Below, in pieces: positions 9,542 through 17,897 of a stretch of 32,000 bases of DNA. Source of the stretch: Methanoculleus receptaculi (GTDB lineage: Archaea; Halobacteriota; Methanomicrobia; Methanomicrobiales; Methanoculleaceae). Location: NCBI RefSeq assembly GCF_033472595.1, contig NZ_CP137642.1, positions 1,689,384-1,721,383 on the forward strand, in the 5' to 3' direction. Position 1 is the first letter of the stretch. The number at the start of each line of letters is the position of its first letter. The notes below the pieces were generated by a model that searched no databases, was not told where the DNA came from, and saw only the letters and a list, made by a program, of their open reading frames with translations. The position numbers and the translations under genes are program-made.

Positions 9542-10868
9542 GATCATAACAGTTGGCGGTTTTAACGAGGTCGGTAGAAATATGACCGCCGTCCGCTGCG
9601 GAAAAGAGATTGTCATCTTTGATATGGGGCTGCGCCTCGACCAGGTGATGATCCATGAGGATGCTGATATCGAGAATATGCATTCCCTGGACCTCATCGA
9701 GATGAAGGCCATCCCGGATGACACCATCATGAACACGGTCGAAGGGAGTGTAAAGGCGATCGTCTGTTCGCACGGGCACCTGGACCACATCGGTGCGGTA
9801 CCAAAACTGGCACACCGCTACGACGCCCCGATAATCAGCACACCCTACACCACGGAACTGATAAGGCAGCAGATCGCCGGCGAACAGAAGTTCGGCGTGA
9901 ACAACAAACTGTTTGCCCTGAAAGCAGGACAGCGTTACACCATATCCCCACACCTGACGATCGAGTTTGTGCGGAGCCAGCACTCGATCATCGATACGGT
10001 CATCCCGGTCCTGCATACGCCAGAGGGTGCGGTGATCTATGCAAACGACTTCAAACTGGACAGGACACCCGTGCTCGGAGAACCACCGGATTTCGCCAGG
10101 CTGCGGCAGATCGGTAAAGAGGGTGTCCTCGCTCTCATCACCGAGAGCGTCAACATCGCAGATAAAGGACGCTGCCCGAGCGAGAAGATCGCAAGGGACC
10201 TCGTCCGGGATACCATCACGAGTTACGAGGATGACAGGAGCGCGCTGATCGTCTCGACCTTCTCCTCACACATCTCCAGGATCAAGACCATTGCGGAGTG
10301 CGCCCACGAGATCGGGAGAAAACCAGTTCTCCTCGGGCGTTCGATGGAACGCTACGCCACAGCAGCTGAACAGTTAAAACTGGTCGGGTTCCCTGAGTCC
10401 CTCTCGATATTTGGCAACCGGCGGACGGTCGACCGGACGCTTCGACGGATCATAAAGACCGGAAAGGACAAGTTTGTCCCGATCGTCACGGGTCACCAGG
10501 GTGAGACAGGCGCCATCCTGACACGGATGGTGATGGGCGATACCCCGTTCAAGCTGGAGAAGGGAGACAAGATCCTCTTCTCGGCCAAGGTGATCCCGAA
10601 CCCGATGAACCGGGGGCAGCGTTACCTGATCGAGGCCCGCGCCAGGATGGCAGGGGCCCGGATCTTTGACGATCTACACGTCTCCGGCCATGCTTACCGT
10701 GAGGATCACTATGAGTTCGTCCACCTCCTCAACCCCCAGCACATCATCCCGTCACACGGCGACATCGACATGACAGGGGAGTACGCGAACTTCGCGGAGG
10801 AAGTCGGGTATACGCTTGGAAACGACCTCCACCTCCTCCGGAATGGGGGCAGACTGCTGATAAAGTAG
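9531..10868 (+). CDS. rnj: Archaeal RNase J-like beta-CASP ribonuclease (metallo-beta-lactamase fold)
   Basis: The track ORF starts at 9489. ATG 9531 is preceded by aggagg (9521-9526) and gives MDIEIITVGGFNEVGRNMTAV... Motif HGHLDHIGAVP. About 445 aa with no extra N-terminal domains, as in archaeal RNase J. Confidence 0.85.
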   Translation: MDIEIITVGGFNEVGRNMTAVRCGKEIVIFDMGLRLDQVMIHEDADIENMHSLDLIEMKAIPDDTIMNTVEGSVKAIVCSHGHLDHIGAVPKLAHRYDAPIISTPYTTELIRQQIAGEQKFGVNNKLFALKAGQRYTISPHLTIEFVRSQHSIIDTVIPVLHTPEGAVIYANDFKLDRTPVLGEPPDFARLRQIGKEGVLALITESVNIADKGRCPSEKIARDLVRDTITSYEDDRSALIVSTFSSHISRIKTIAECAHEIGRKPVLLGRSMERYATAAEQLKLVGFPESLSIFGNRRTVDRTLRRIIKTGKDKFVPIVTGHQGETGAILTRMVMGDTPFKLEKGDKILFSAKVIPNPMNRGQRYLIEARARMAGARIFDDLHVSGHAYREDHYEFVHLLNPQHIIPSHGDIDMTGEYANFAEEVGYTLGNDLHLLRNGGRLLIK

Positions 10869-10878
10869 GAGATAATGC

Positions 10879-11844
10879 ATGACGACGCTTGAAGACTACC
10901 TGGAGATGAACGCTGACCGGATCGACCGGATGCTCCACCGCTACTTCGGGAACGTCCACGGCGACCTCTTCCGGGCGAGCGCCCACCTGCTGCTTGCAGG
11001 AGGGAAACGGCTTCGCCCGGCGGTCACCCTTCTCGCCGCGGACGCTATCCAGAGGGGGTCGTCGGATGACCTGATCCTGGCGGCGCTCTCGCTCGAGCTG
11101 ACCCACAACTTCACCCTCATCCATGACGATATCATGGACGGTGACACCGCCCGGCGCGGTGTTCCGACGGTGCATACCCTCTGGGACGAACCGACGGCGA
11201 TCCTTGCGGGGGATGTCCTCTACGCAAAGGCGTTCGAGTTCATCTGTCTTGCGGAGGGGGCAGATGCTGCAAAAATCCGGGCGGTGAAGATGCTTGCCCG
11301 GACGTGTGCCGAGATCTGCGAGGGGCAGAGCATGGATATGGAGTTTGAGAGGCGGGAGGACGTCTCAGAACTTGAGTACCTGGAGATGGTCAGTAAAAAG
11401 ACCGGTGCCCTTTATGGAGCGGCCGCAGCAATCGGCGGTCTTCTTGCGGGTGCAAACCCCGTCCAGACAGATGCACTCTACCAGTTCGGGATAAACAGCG
11501 GTATCGCGTTCCAGATCCAGGACGACCTGATCGATCTCCTTGCAAACACCGAAGAGAGCGGAAAAGACCGGGCGTCGGACATCAGGGAGGGGAAGCAGAC
11601 GCTGATCGCTATCCGGGCGCGCGAGAAGGGGATCGACCTTGCCCCATACAGGAGACCGCTCTCCGCTGCGGAGATCGAGGGTCTGGTCACCATCCTCCAG
11701 GATGCCGGTGTCATCGAGGAGGTCCGGGCGGTTGCCCTGGAACGGGCGGGGGTTGCAAAAGAGGCGCTCTCGGTCATCCCGGAATCGGTGGAGAAACAGT
11801 TGCTCGGCGAGATCGCCGATTTCTTTGTCAACAGAGGTAACTGA
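10879..11844 (+). CDS. idsA: Geranylgeranyl diphosphate synthase (trans-prenyltransferase)
   Basis: 321-aa ORF with the first aspartate-rich motif LIHDDIMDGD and the second FQIQDDLID. Confidence 0.9.
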   Translation: MTTLEDYLEMNADRIDRMLHRYFGNVHGDLFRASAHLLLAGGKRLRPAVTLLAADAIQRGSSDDLILAALSLELTHNFTLIHDDIMDGDTARRGVPTVHTLWDEPTAILAGDVLYAKAFEFICLAEGADAAKIRAVKMLARTCAEICEGQSMDMEFERREDVSELEYLEMVSKKTGALYGAAAAIGGLLAGANPVQTDALYQFGINSGIAFQIQDDLIDLLANTEESGKDRASDIREGKQTLIAIRAREKGIDLAPYRRPLSAAEIEGLVTILQDAGVIEEVRAVALERAGVAKEALSVIPESVEKQLLGEIADFFVNRGN

Positions 11845-11848
11845 TACC

Positions 11849-13537
11849 ATGACGGAGACCGATATTGAGCACCTGCTCTTTGTCTACGCGCTGCAGAACG
11901 CGGTGAAGCACGACAGCACCCCAAAGACCGGGACGGTGATCGGGACGCTTCTAGGGAGGCACCCGGAGTTCCGGAGCAGCGCCCGGGAGATAGGGGCGAT
12001 TGCCTCAAAGGTGGTCGCGGAGGTGGCAGGGATGAGTTCATCGGAACGCAGGGTGAGGCTTGAAGAACTCGCGCCCGAACTCCTGGCCGAACTCGATGCG
12101 GAGCACGAGCACACCCGGGAACTTCCACCGCTCGAGGATGCGGAGAAAGGTGTGGTGATGCGGTTTGCCCCGAACCCGAGCGGACCGCTCCATCTCGGGC
12201 ACGCCCGCGCTTCCATCTTAAACGACTACTATGTCCGGCGACACGGGGGACGCTACATCCTGCGCATCGAGGACACCGACCCGAGGAGGGTCGATCCGGC
12301 GGCATACGCGATGGTGCTTGAGGACGTTGAGTGGCTGGGGCTCGGGATCACCGATATCGTCTACCAGAGCGATCGGCTCGATGTCTACTATGACTGGTGC
12401 AGGAGACTTATCGAGATCGGCGGCGCCTACGTCTGCACCTGCGAGCCTGAACGTTTCCGCGAACTCAAACTCCGGGGGAAGGAATGCCCATGCCGCAAAA
12501 AGGGGATTGAGGAGAACCTGGAACTCTGGCAGAAGATGCTTGATGGAGAGTTCTACGAGGGCGGTGCAACCGTCAGGGTGAAGACCGACCTTGGCCACCC
12601 TGACCCGGCGATGAGAGACTACTCCGCGATGCGGATCGTGAACGCACCGCTCCACCCGCGAGCGGACGCCACGGTCTTTCCGCTGATGAACTTCTCTGTC
12701 GCGGTGGACGACCACCTGCTCGGGATAACCCATGTCGTCCGCGGGAAGGACCATATCGCAAACACCCAGCGGCAGCGCTACATCTTCGGTTATTTTGGAT
12801 GGAGACCCCCGGTCTACCGCCACTACGGCCGGATGGGTATCTCGGGTGTTGTCCTCTCAACGTCGGGGATGCACGAGGGGATCCGGAACGGGACATACAC
12901 AGGCTGGGACGATATACATCTCGGGACGCTGCGGGCGATTGCGCGCCGGGGGATCGAGCCGGAAGCCGTCCGGAACGCCATGATCGATATCGGGATGGGG
13001 GAGACCGATATATCGTTCTCCTGGGAGAACCTGTATGCCAGAAACAGGGAGATCGTCGACCCGAAGGCGAACCGCTACTTCTTTGTGCCTGACCCTGTCG
13101 AGGTCAGCATCGAGGGGGCGCCGCGCCGTGAGGCTCACGCGCTCCTGCACCCGAACGACCCTGCAAGGGGGGTGCGCACCCTTATCACCGATGGCAGGGT
13201 GCTTCTCCCGCGCAGGGATATCGAGGGGCAGGGTCTGATCAGGTTAAAGGACCTCTATAACGTCTGGGTCGACCGGGAAGGTGATACGCTGCGGGTATCC
13301 TACGCTGGCGACTCGCTTGATGAGGCCCGGCAGGTAAAAGCGCCGATCATCCAGTGGGTCCCGGTTGATGCAAACCTGCCCTGCACCCTCCTCCGGCAGG
13401 AGGGGGACATGGAGGGGTTCTGCGAGCCTATGGTAGTCGGCGAGGTGGGAGGGGTCGTCCAGTTCGAGAGGATCGGGTTTGCCCGGATAGACTCGATAAA
13501 GAGCGGCAGCGTGAACGCGTATTTTGCGCACCGGTGA
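11849..13537 (+). CDS. gltX: Glutamyl-tRNA synthetase (archaeal/eukaryal type)
   Basis: The track ORF (11639..) runs upstream into idsA. ATG 11849 gives MTETDIEHLLFVYALQNAVKHD... (562 aa). Class I HIGH motif in PNPSGPLHLGHARA. Followed by an oligo-T tract. Confidence 0.9.
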   Translation: MTETDIEHLLFVYALQNAVKHDSTPKTGTVIGTLLGRHPEFRSSAREIGAIASKVVAEVAGMSSSERRVRLEELAPELLAELDAEHEHTRELPPLEDAEKGVVMRFAPNPSGPLHLGHARASILNDYYVRRHGGRYILRIEDTDPRRVDPAAYAMVLEDVEWLGLGITDIVYQSDRLDVYYDWCRRLIEIGGAYVCTCEPERFRELKLRGKECPCRKKGIEENLELWQKMLDGEFYEGGATVRVKTDLGHPDPAMRDYSAMRIVNAPLHPRADATVFPLMNFSVAVDDHLLGITHVVRGKDHIANTQRQRYIFGYFGWRPPVYRHYGRMGISGVVLSTSGMHEGIRNGTYTGWDDIHLGTLRAIARRGIEPEAVRNAMIDIGMGETDISFSWENLYARNREIVDPKANRYFFVPDPVEVSIEGAPRREAHALLHPNDPARGVRTLITDGRVLLPRRDIEGQGLIRLKDLYNVWVDREGDTLRVSYAGDSLDEARQVKAPIIQWVPVDANLPCTLLRQEGDMEGFCEPMVVGEVGGVVQFERIGFARIDSIKSGSVNAYFAHR

Positions 13538-13570
13538 CGCGGGATCGCAGAACCCCCCATCTGCAGAACC

Positions 13571-13576
13571 TTTTTT
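13571..13576 (+). terminator. Oligo-T tract (T6) after gltX
   Basis: ccttttttaag lies 34 nt after the gltX stop. Archaeal transcription commonly terminates at oligo-T runs. Confidence 0.5.
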
Positions 13577-13641
13577 AAGAGGAGCGGCCGGCGTAACCCA
13601 TTAATGACAAAATGTTTAAGATCATGCACAGCGGCTGCACC

Positions 13642-13860
13642 ATGAAACGAAAGACGTTCTACCTTCTTGCCTGTATCGTTGCGCTCGCGGGGGTCGGCAT
13701 ATTCTGGCTCTCGGTGAGGCTTGAGAACCCGATCCCGATCCAGGCTGCCTTCGTCGTTGGCGTTATCCTGCTTTATCTGGCACGGCGGAGGATCGAAGAG
13801 ACGATAGAGGACGAACGGACGCCAATGATTACGCAGAAGGCAGCGCTGCGGGCAGAATAA
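13642..13860 (+). CDS. Small membrane protein, two predicted TM helices, function unknown
   Basis: ORF 13612..13860. ATG 13642 gives MKRKTFYLLACIVALAGVGIFWLSV...IPIQAAFVVGVILLYLARRR: a basic N-terminus, two hydrophobic spans and a charged tail. I did not recognise a family with confidence. Confidence 0.55.
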   Translation: MKRKTFYLLACIVALAGVGIFWLSVRLENPIPIQAAFVVGVILLYLARRRIEETIEDERTPMITQKAALRAE

Positions 13861-13893
13861 AGCCCATCATCAGCGGCGAGAGAGTCCAGGGCT

Positions 13894-13916
13894 GGTTTTT
13901 CCCGCCGGGGAAAACC
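13894..13916 (+). terminator. Hairpin containing a T5 run after the small membrane protein gene
   Basis: ggtttttccc-gcc-ggggaaaacc forms a 10-bp stem (one G-U) with a 3-nt loop, 34 nt after the stop codon. Confidence 0.4.
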
Positions 13917-14041
13917 CCTGAACCGTTACGCCATGGGTGGGCTCCCCGTGGCAAAGGACGCTCTCGGGGATCCATTCAGGCAATTCCCGGCGGCGTCCCG
14001 CAATCAATAAGACCGACGGGAAGAAGAGGTACCTGGTTATT

Positions 14042-14551
14042 ATGGCAGACAGGATTCTTGTTGCCTACGCCAGCCGATACGGGTCGACCGCTGAGGTGGC
14101 AGAGGCGATCGGTGATGAACTCAGCAAGGCCGGTGAGCAGGTCGACGTCCTGCCGGTGAACGAGATCCGCGACCCTTCCCCTTACCGGGCGGCGGTCATA
14201 GGGAGCCCGATCTACATGGGGAAGTGGCTCCCGGAGGCCCGGGTCTTTGTCGAGCGCTACCAGCATTACCTGCGAACCATCCCTGTCGCCTGTTTCGCTG
14301 TAGGGCTCACGGTGGTAGGCGGAAGCGCCGAGAGCCTGAGAAGAGCGGAAGCCTCGATGGACGAGGTCAGGATGCTCATAAACCCGGTGGAGGCCAGCGT
14401 CTTCCCGGGAAAACTGGATACCGGGCGTCTATCTGACCCTGATCGTGCCATCATTAAACTGATCAGGGTAAAGTCTGGAGACTTCCGCAACCTGGATGCT
14501 GTCCGTTCCTGGGTGCGGGCGATACTCCCGAACCTGCACCGGCGGAGATGA
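14042..14551 (+). CDS. Flavodoxin-like domain protein (flavodoxin_5 / HemG-like fold)
   Basis: The track ORF starts at 13937. ATG 14042 gives MADRILVAYASRYGSTAEVAEAIGDEL..., the classic flavodoxin-fold N-terminal FMN-phosphate loop (169 aa). Confidence 0.8.
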   Translation: MADRILVAYASRYGSTAEVAEAIGDELSKAGEQVDVLPVNEIRDPSPYRAAVIGSPIYMGKWLPEARVFVERYQHYLRTIPVACFAVGLTVVGGSAESLRRAEASMDEVRMLINPVEASVFPGKLDTGRLSDPDRAIIKLIRVKSGDFRNLDAVRSWVRAILPNLHRRR

Positions 14552-14567
14552 GATCCGGGGACGCCTG

Positions 14568-14589
14568 ATGCGATAGTTGCGCATATTTT
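14568..14589 (+). terminator. Hairpin plus T4 after the flavodoxin-like gene
   Basis: atgcg-atagttg-cgcat followed by atttt, starting 17 nt after the stop. Confidence 0.4.
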
Positions 14590-14915
14590 CCACGTGCACG
14601 GTGGGCCCATAGATGGGGCGGTATGATGGTGCGAACCTGAGACTTTTCTAGTGGAGCCAGCATCTGAACGGGAGACTTTCCAGACGGTGTCCCGGCCGCC
14701 CGCTCAGCACCTCCGCCCGCCCCGGGAAGGAGGGGGCGGAGCCAGATGCAGTGAGAGGACGGATGGGGGTTACAGAATCGGGGAGGTGGCGGGTAGTCAA
14801 CTACCCGCGCCTCTCGGGCGCGGCTTCCTGCTTCATCCCCCCACCGGGAGCGAGTCCACAGGCTCAACGGCGCGTTCCGCGCCTGGTATTGTGTTGCTTG
14901 GTTATCGCAACACAG
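14590..14915. other. GC-rich, hairpin-dense non-coding spacer (candidate structured RNA, strand unknown)
   Basis: No credible ORF: translations on both strands are R/G/P-rich and low in complexity. Near-perfect hairpins at 14713-14739, 14791-14806, 14805-14823, 14869-14883 and 14890-14914. See findings. Confidence 0.3.
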
Positions 14916-14921
14916 ACATAG

Positions 14922-14929
14922 TATTATTA
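14922..14929 (+). promoter_or_regulatory. TATA-like box (tattatta) about 26 nt upstream of ATG 14948
   Basis: This is the only AT-rich patch in a GC-rich region. The spacing would put a transcription start at or next to ATG 14948, giving a leaderless mRNA. Confidence 0.3.
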
Positions 14930-14947
14930 GATGGATGGACAGAAAAA

Positions 14948-16579
14948 ATGTATCGTATTGAACTTGATTACGGGAAGGGCGGCTTCGCTTGCATCCCCGC
15001 CCTAAAGGGTGGGGTCTTCCCGCTCTGCCCCCGCAAGATAAACAATCCACAGGTGAACCGGGTGAATAAATACTCGTTTGTCGCCAGGATGCCCGACAGG
15101 CCCGGGGCGCTGCACCGCGCGGCCGAGATCATCAAGTCCTACTCGGGAAACATCATCCGCGTCCAGTACGACCGCCGGATCGATCCCGCCACGGTCTTCT
15201 TCGAAGTGGTTGCAGCACCAGAGGGCTACGCCAGGATAAAGGAAGACCTCCACGCGATCGGCTACCTCCAGGAATCGCTGCCGACACCCGGGTTCCTCAA
15301 GTTCTCCGTATACCTCCCCCACGAGCCCGGCTCCCTCTTTGACCTCCTCACCTACATCACCGGGGCGGGGGCAAACATCGCCTACATCGACTTTGACGAG
15401 CGGCGGCAAGACCCCGGCAGGGTCACCATCAGTTTGAGCGTCGAGGAGAGCGAGGTCGTCGATAGCCTGCTCGACCGGCTGAAGTCACGCTACCGCCTGG
15501 AGATCCTGGAGTACGACACAACCGGCGAGAAACTCGACGACACCGTCTTTTACGTCAGGTTCGCCCAGGCGCTGCGTGGGCTGATAGGATCGGCCGAGGA
15601 CGAGTTCCTCCTCTCACTCCTCCAGGACATCAATCACATCGTCCAGGAACTCAACAACCTGGGGCAGGACCCAAAAGAGGTCTTCGACTGCATCCTGCGC
15701 ACCGGAAAGACGCTCCGCGAGACCACAGGCGACCGGTTCTACGCGGACGTCCAGCGTATCCCGCTGAACGATGCCGTTGAGGTTCTCTGTTTCCAGATGC
15801 CCTGCGGCGGAAACATCTTCATGCTCAACGCCCCGGAGGAGAGCGTCATGATCGATACCGGTTACGGGATATACCACCAGGACGCCCTCCGGATGTTCCA
15901 GCACTACGGTATCGGAGACCAGGGGCGGATCCGGCGGATCTACATCACCCACGCCGACGCCGACCACTGCGGGGCGGCAGGGTTCTTCGATGCGAAAGCC
16001 TGCACCCACCCCTGGTCGGTTGAGATCATCCGGCGCGCGAACCGGGCCTACGGGTCGCGCAGCGAGTCCTCGATCCTGGAAGAGGTCTACACGACGGTCA
16101 TAAACCTCTTCTCGCACTTCACCCCGCCCGAAAACCCGGAGACCTTCCCGACGGAGAGGCTTGCCAGCCGCTCGATATTTCCCGTCATAGCGCGGTTTGC
16201 TGTCCATGACCTGGAGTTTGAGGTCCTCGAATCCCTTGGCGGGCACATGCACGGCCAGGTCTACTTCCTCTGTCCCACCCACGGGATAATCTTCACCTCC
16301 GATACCCTGATCAACTTTGGAAGCCTGGATGACGACAGGAAACGCTACAACTCCCTGGCCGACTTCCTGGTGACGTCGGTCAACGTCGACAGCGAACGCG
16401 CACGCCAGGAGCGCACGGCGCTGCTCGGACTGATCCGGGACCTGGATGAAGAACTTGCCCCGACCGGCCGCAGGTGCCTGGTCGCGGGCGGACACGGCGC
16501 GATATCCGCCCTCTCCCCGGAAGGGAGGCTGGAGGCGGTCGGGCCGATTGAGCGTTACCTGCCAAGAGAGGCGCGGTAG
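14948..16579 (+). CDS. ACT-ACT-metallo-beta-lactamase fold fusion protein
   Basis: The track ORF (14651..) has an implausible N-terminus. Candidate starts are ATG 14948 (possibly leaderless) or GTG 15062, which has aggtga 5 nt upstream. Two ACT-like repeats (YSFVARMPDRPGALHRAAEII... and FSVYLPHEPGSLFDLLTYITGAGANI...). C-terminal MBL domain with ITHADADHCG, GGHMHG, FTSDT and AGGHG. Confidence 0.75.
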   Translation: MYRIELDYGKGGFACIPALKGGVFPLCPRKINNPQVNRVNKYSFVARMPDRPGALHRAAEIIKSYSGNIIRVQYDRRIDPATVFFEVVAAPEGYARIKEDLHAIGYLQESLPTPGFLKFSVYLPHEPGSLFDLLTYITGAGANIAYIDFDERRQDPGRVTISLSVEESEVVDSLLDRLKSRYRLEILEYDTTGEKLDDTVFYVRFAQALRGLIGSAEDEFLLSLLQDINHIVQELNNLGQDPKEVFDCILRTGKTLRETTGDRFYADVQRIPLNDAVEVLCFQMPCGGNIFMLNAPEESVMIDTGYGIYHQDALRMFQHYGIGDQGRIRRIYITHADADHCGAAGFFDAKACTHPWSVEIIRRANRAYGSRSESSILEEVYTTVINLFSHFTPPENPETFPTERLASRSIFPVIARFAVHDLEFEVLESLGGHMHGQVYFLCPTHGIIFTSDTLINFGSLDDDRKRYNSLADFLVTSVNVDSERARQERTALLGLIRDLDEELAPTGRRCLVAGGHGAISALSPEGRLEAVGPIERYLPREAR

Positions 16580-16583
16580 GGCA

Positions 16584-17897
16584 TCACACCGCCCCGCGCC
16601 ACCGCTCTTCCCAAAGAAGCGCGATCACGGCCGCGAGAACTACCATGAACCCGCCGAGCAACAGCACCAGGGGCTCCAGGTGGGCAAGAAGGATGAGTGT
16701 CGAGGCTATCCCGATGACGGGCAACACCGGGAGGGACCCGATGCTCCCGGGTATCCGGAACGGCCGGGGGAGATCCGGCGCACGGTAGCGCAGCAGGATC
16801 ACGGAGGCGTTGATGACGATGAAAGTCGCAAAGAGGGTGAAGTTGGTGACGTTTGCGACAAAATCGATCTCGCCGGCGAAGAGGAAGGCGATGGTGGCGA
16901 TCGCAACGACGATTGTTGCCGTCCAGGGCGTCTGCGTCCGGGGATGAACCCGGGCAAGAGATGGAGGAAGCGAGAAGGACGATGCCATGCCGTAGGTGAT
17001 CCTTGATGATGCCAGCATCATCATGAGGGCGGTGTTTGCGGTGGCAAAGAGCGCTATTACGGAGATCAGGGTGAAGGCCGTGGGCCCGAGCGCGACGGCA
17101 GCAACCTCGGCAAATGGCGCCCTGGAAGTGGAGAGTTGTTCCCAGCCAACGACAGAGACCGCTGCAACCGAGACAAGGACGTAGAGGAGGGTGGATATGG
17201 CAAGCGCGATCACCAGAGCGACCGGGATAGTCCGTTCCGGGTTTCTGGTCTCCTCCGAGAGTTTCACCATCTCTTCAAACCCCATGTAGGCGAAGAAGAC
17301 AAGCGCAGACGCCTGGAGGAGACCGGGTATACCAAGCGGCATCTCAAGGTAATCCACCCGCCCGAGGTAGGGGAGACCGATCAGGATCACCATGACTATC
17401 CCGGCGACCTCGATCATGGTCATGCTGATGGCAACCCCCGCCGTCTCCCTGATCCCGGCGATGAGGATGCAGGAAAGGATCAGGATGATCATGACGGCGG
17501 ACGGGAGGAACGGCAGACCCACCAGGTCGGAGAAGTAGCCGGCAAACCCAAGCGCGACGGTTGCAGCGCCAAGGATGCCGGATATGATTATCAGCCAGCC
17601 CACAACGAACGCAAGCCTTCCCCCGAACGCCCTGGAGACGTACTCGAACTCGGCACTCGCCTTCGGATAGATCGATGAGAGTTCGGCGTAACTCAGGGCG
17701 CTCAGGCCGGCGACCGCGGCTGCAACGAGAAAGGTCAGCCAGACGGCGTTGCCGGCCATCCCGGCCGCCTCGCCGAGGAGGGCGTATATCCCTGCCCCGA
17801 GTATGATCCCGACTCCGGAGAGGGTGACAGTGGCCAGTCCGAGTTCTCGCCGGAGGTTTGTGCCAGGATACGAAGCGTCACGCTCCCCATCTGCCAT
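16584..17897 (-). CDS. APC-superfamily amino acid permease
   Basis: 437-aa ORF, hydrophobic throughout with about 12 predicted TM spans. N-terminal RELGLATVTLSGVGIILGAGIYALLGEAA is the APC signature region. Convergent with the ACT-MBL gene, with 4 bp between the stops. Confidence 0.85.
   Translation of the reverse strand: MADGERDASYPGTNLRRELGLATVTLSGVGIILGAGIYALLGEAAGMAGNAVWLTFLVAAAVAGLSALSYAELSSIYPKASAEFEYVSRAFGGRLAFVVGWLIIISGILGAATVALGFAGYFSDLVGLPFLPSAVMIILILSCILIAGIRETAGVAISMTMIEVAGIVMVILIGLPYLGRVDYLEMPLGIPGLLQASALVFFAYMGFEEMVKLSEETRNPERTIPVALVIALAISTLLYVLVSVAAVSVVGWEQLSTSRAPFAEVAAVALGPTAFTLISVIALFATANTALMMMLASSRITYGMASSFSLPPSLARVHPRTQTPWTATIVVAIATIAFLFAGEIDFVANVTNFTLFATFIVINASVILLRYRAPDLPRPFRIPGSIGSLPVLPVIGIASTLILLAHLEPLVLLLGGFMVVLAAVIALLWEERWRGAV

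Noticed and set aside
11639-11848. Upstream extension of the gltX ORF (starting at 11639) overlapping the last 200 nt of idsA.
   Set aside because: The extension translates to R/S/P-rich sequence inside a well-supported idsA frame. ATG 11849, just after the idsA stop, gives a normal GluRS N-terminus and length.
14615-14670. Possible box C/D sRNA (atgatgg ... ctga ... ctga), and TPP- or fluoride-riboswitch-like fragments (cctgaga, gccagc, gatgg).
   Set aside because: The C-to-D' spacing is only about 8 nt where a guide needs about 12, and no C' box is present. The riboswitch-like words are in the wrong order and lack the conserved helices.
14590-14915. Motif-level resemblance to RNase P RNA (ggaaagtctccc on the - strand at about 14670-14681; agatgcagtga...acagaatcgggg on the + strand at about 14744-14783) and to SRP RNA (ctgtaaccccc on the - strand; ccgggaagga on the + strand).
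   Set aside because: The RNase P-like CR-I and CR-V pieces are on opposite strands, and no complementary P4 partner strand exists. The SRP-like hairpin lacks the conserved AGCA of helix 8, the two hairpins are in the wrong order relative to the UGUAA motif, and I could find no long 5'/3' helix-5 pairing. I therefore made no named ncRNA call.
14651-14947. N-terminal 99-aa extension of the track ORF 14651..16579.
   Set aside because: The translation (MEPASERETFQTVSRPPAQHLRPPREGGGGARCSERTDGG...) is low-complexity and R/G/P-rich. It crosses the hairpin-dense spacer and an AT-rich promoter-like element. The recognisable ACT domain begins only near 15070.
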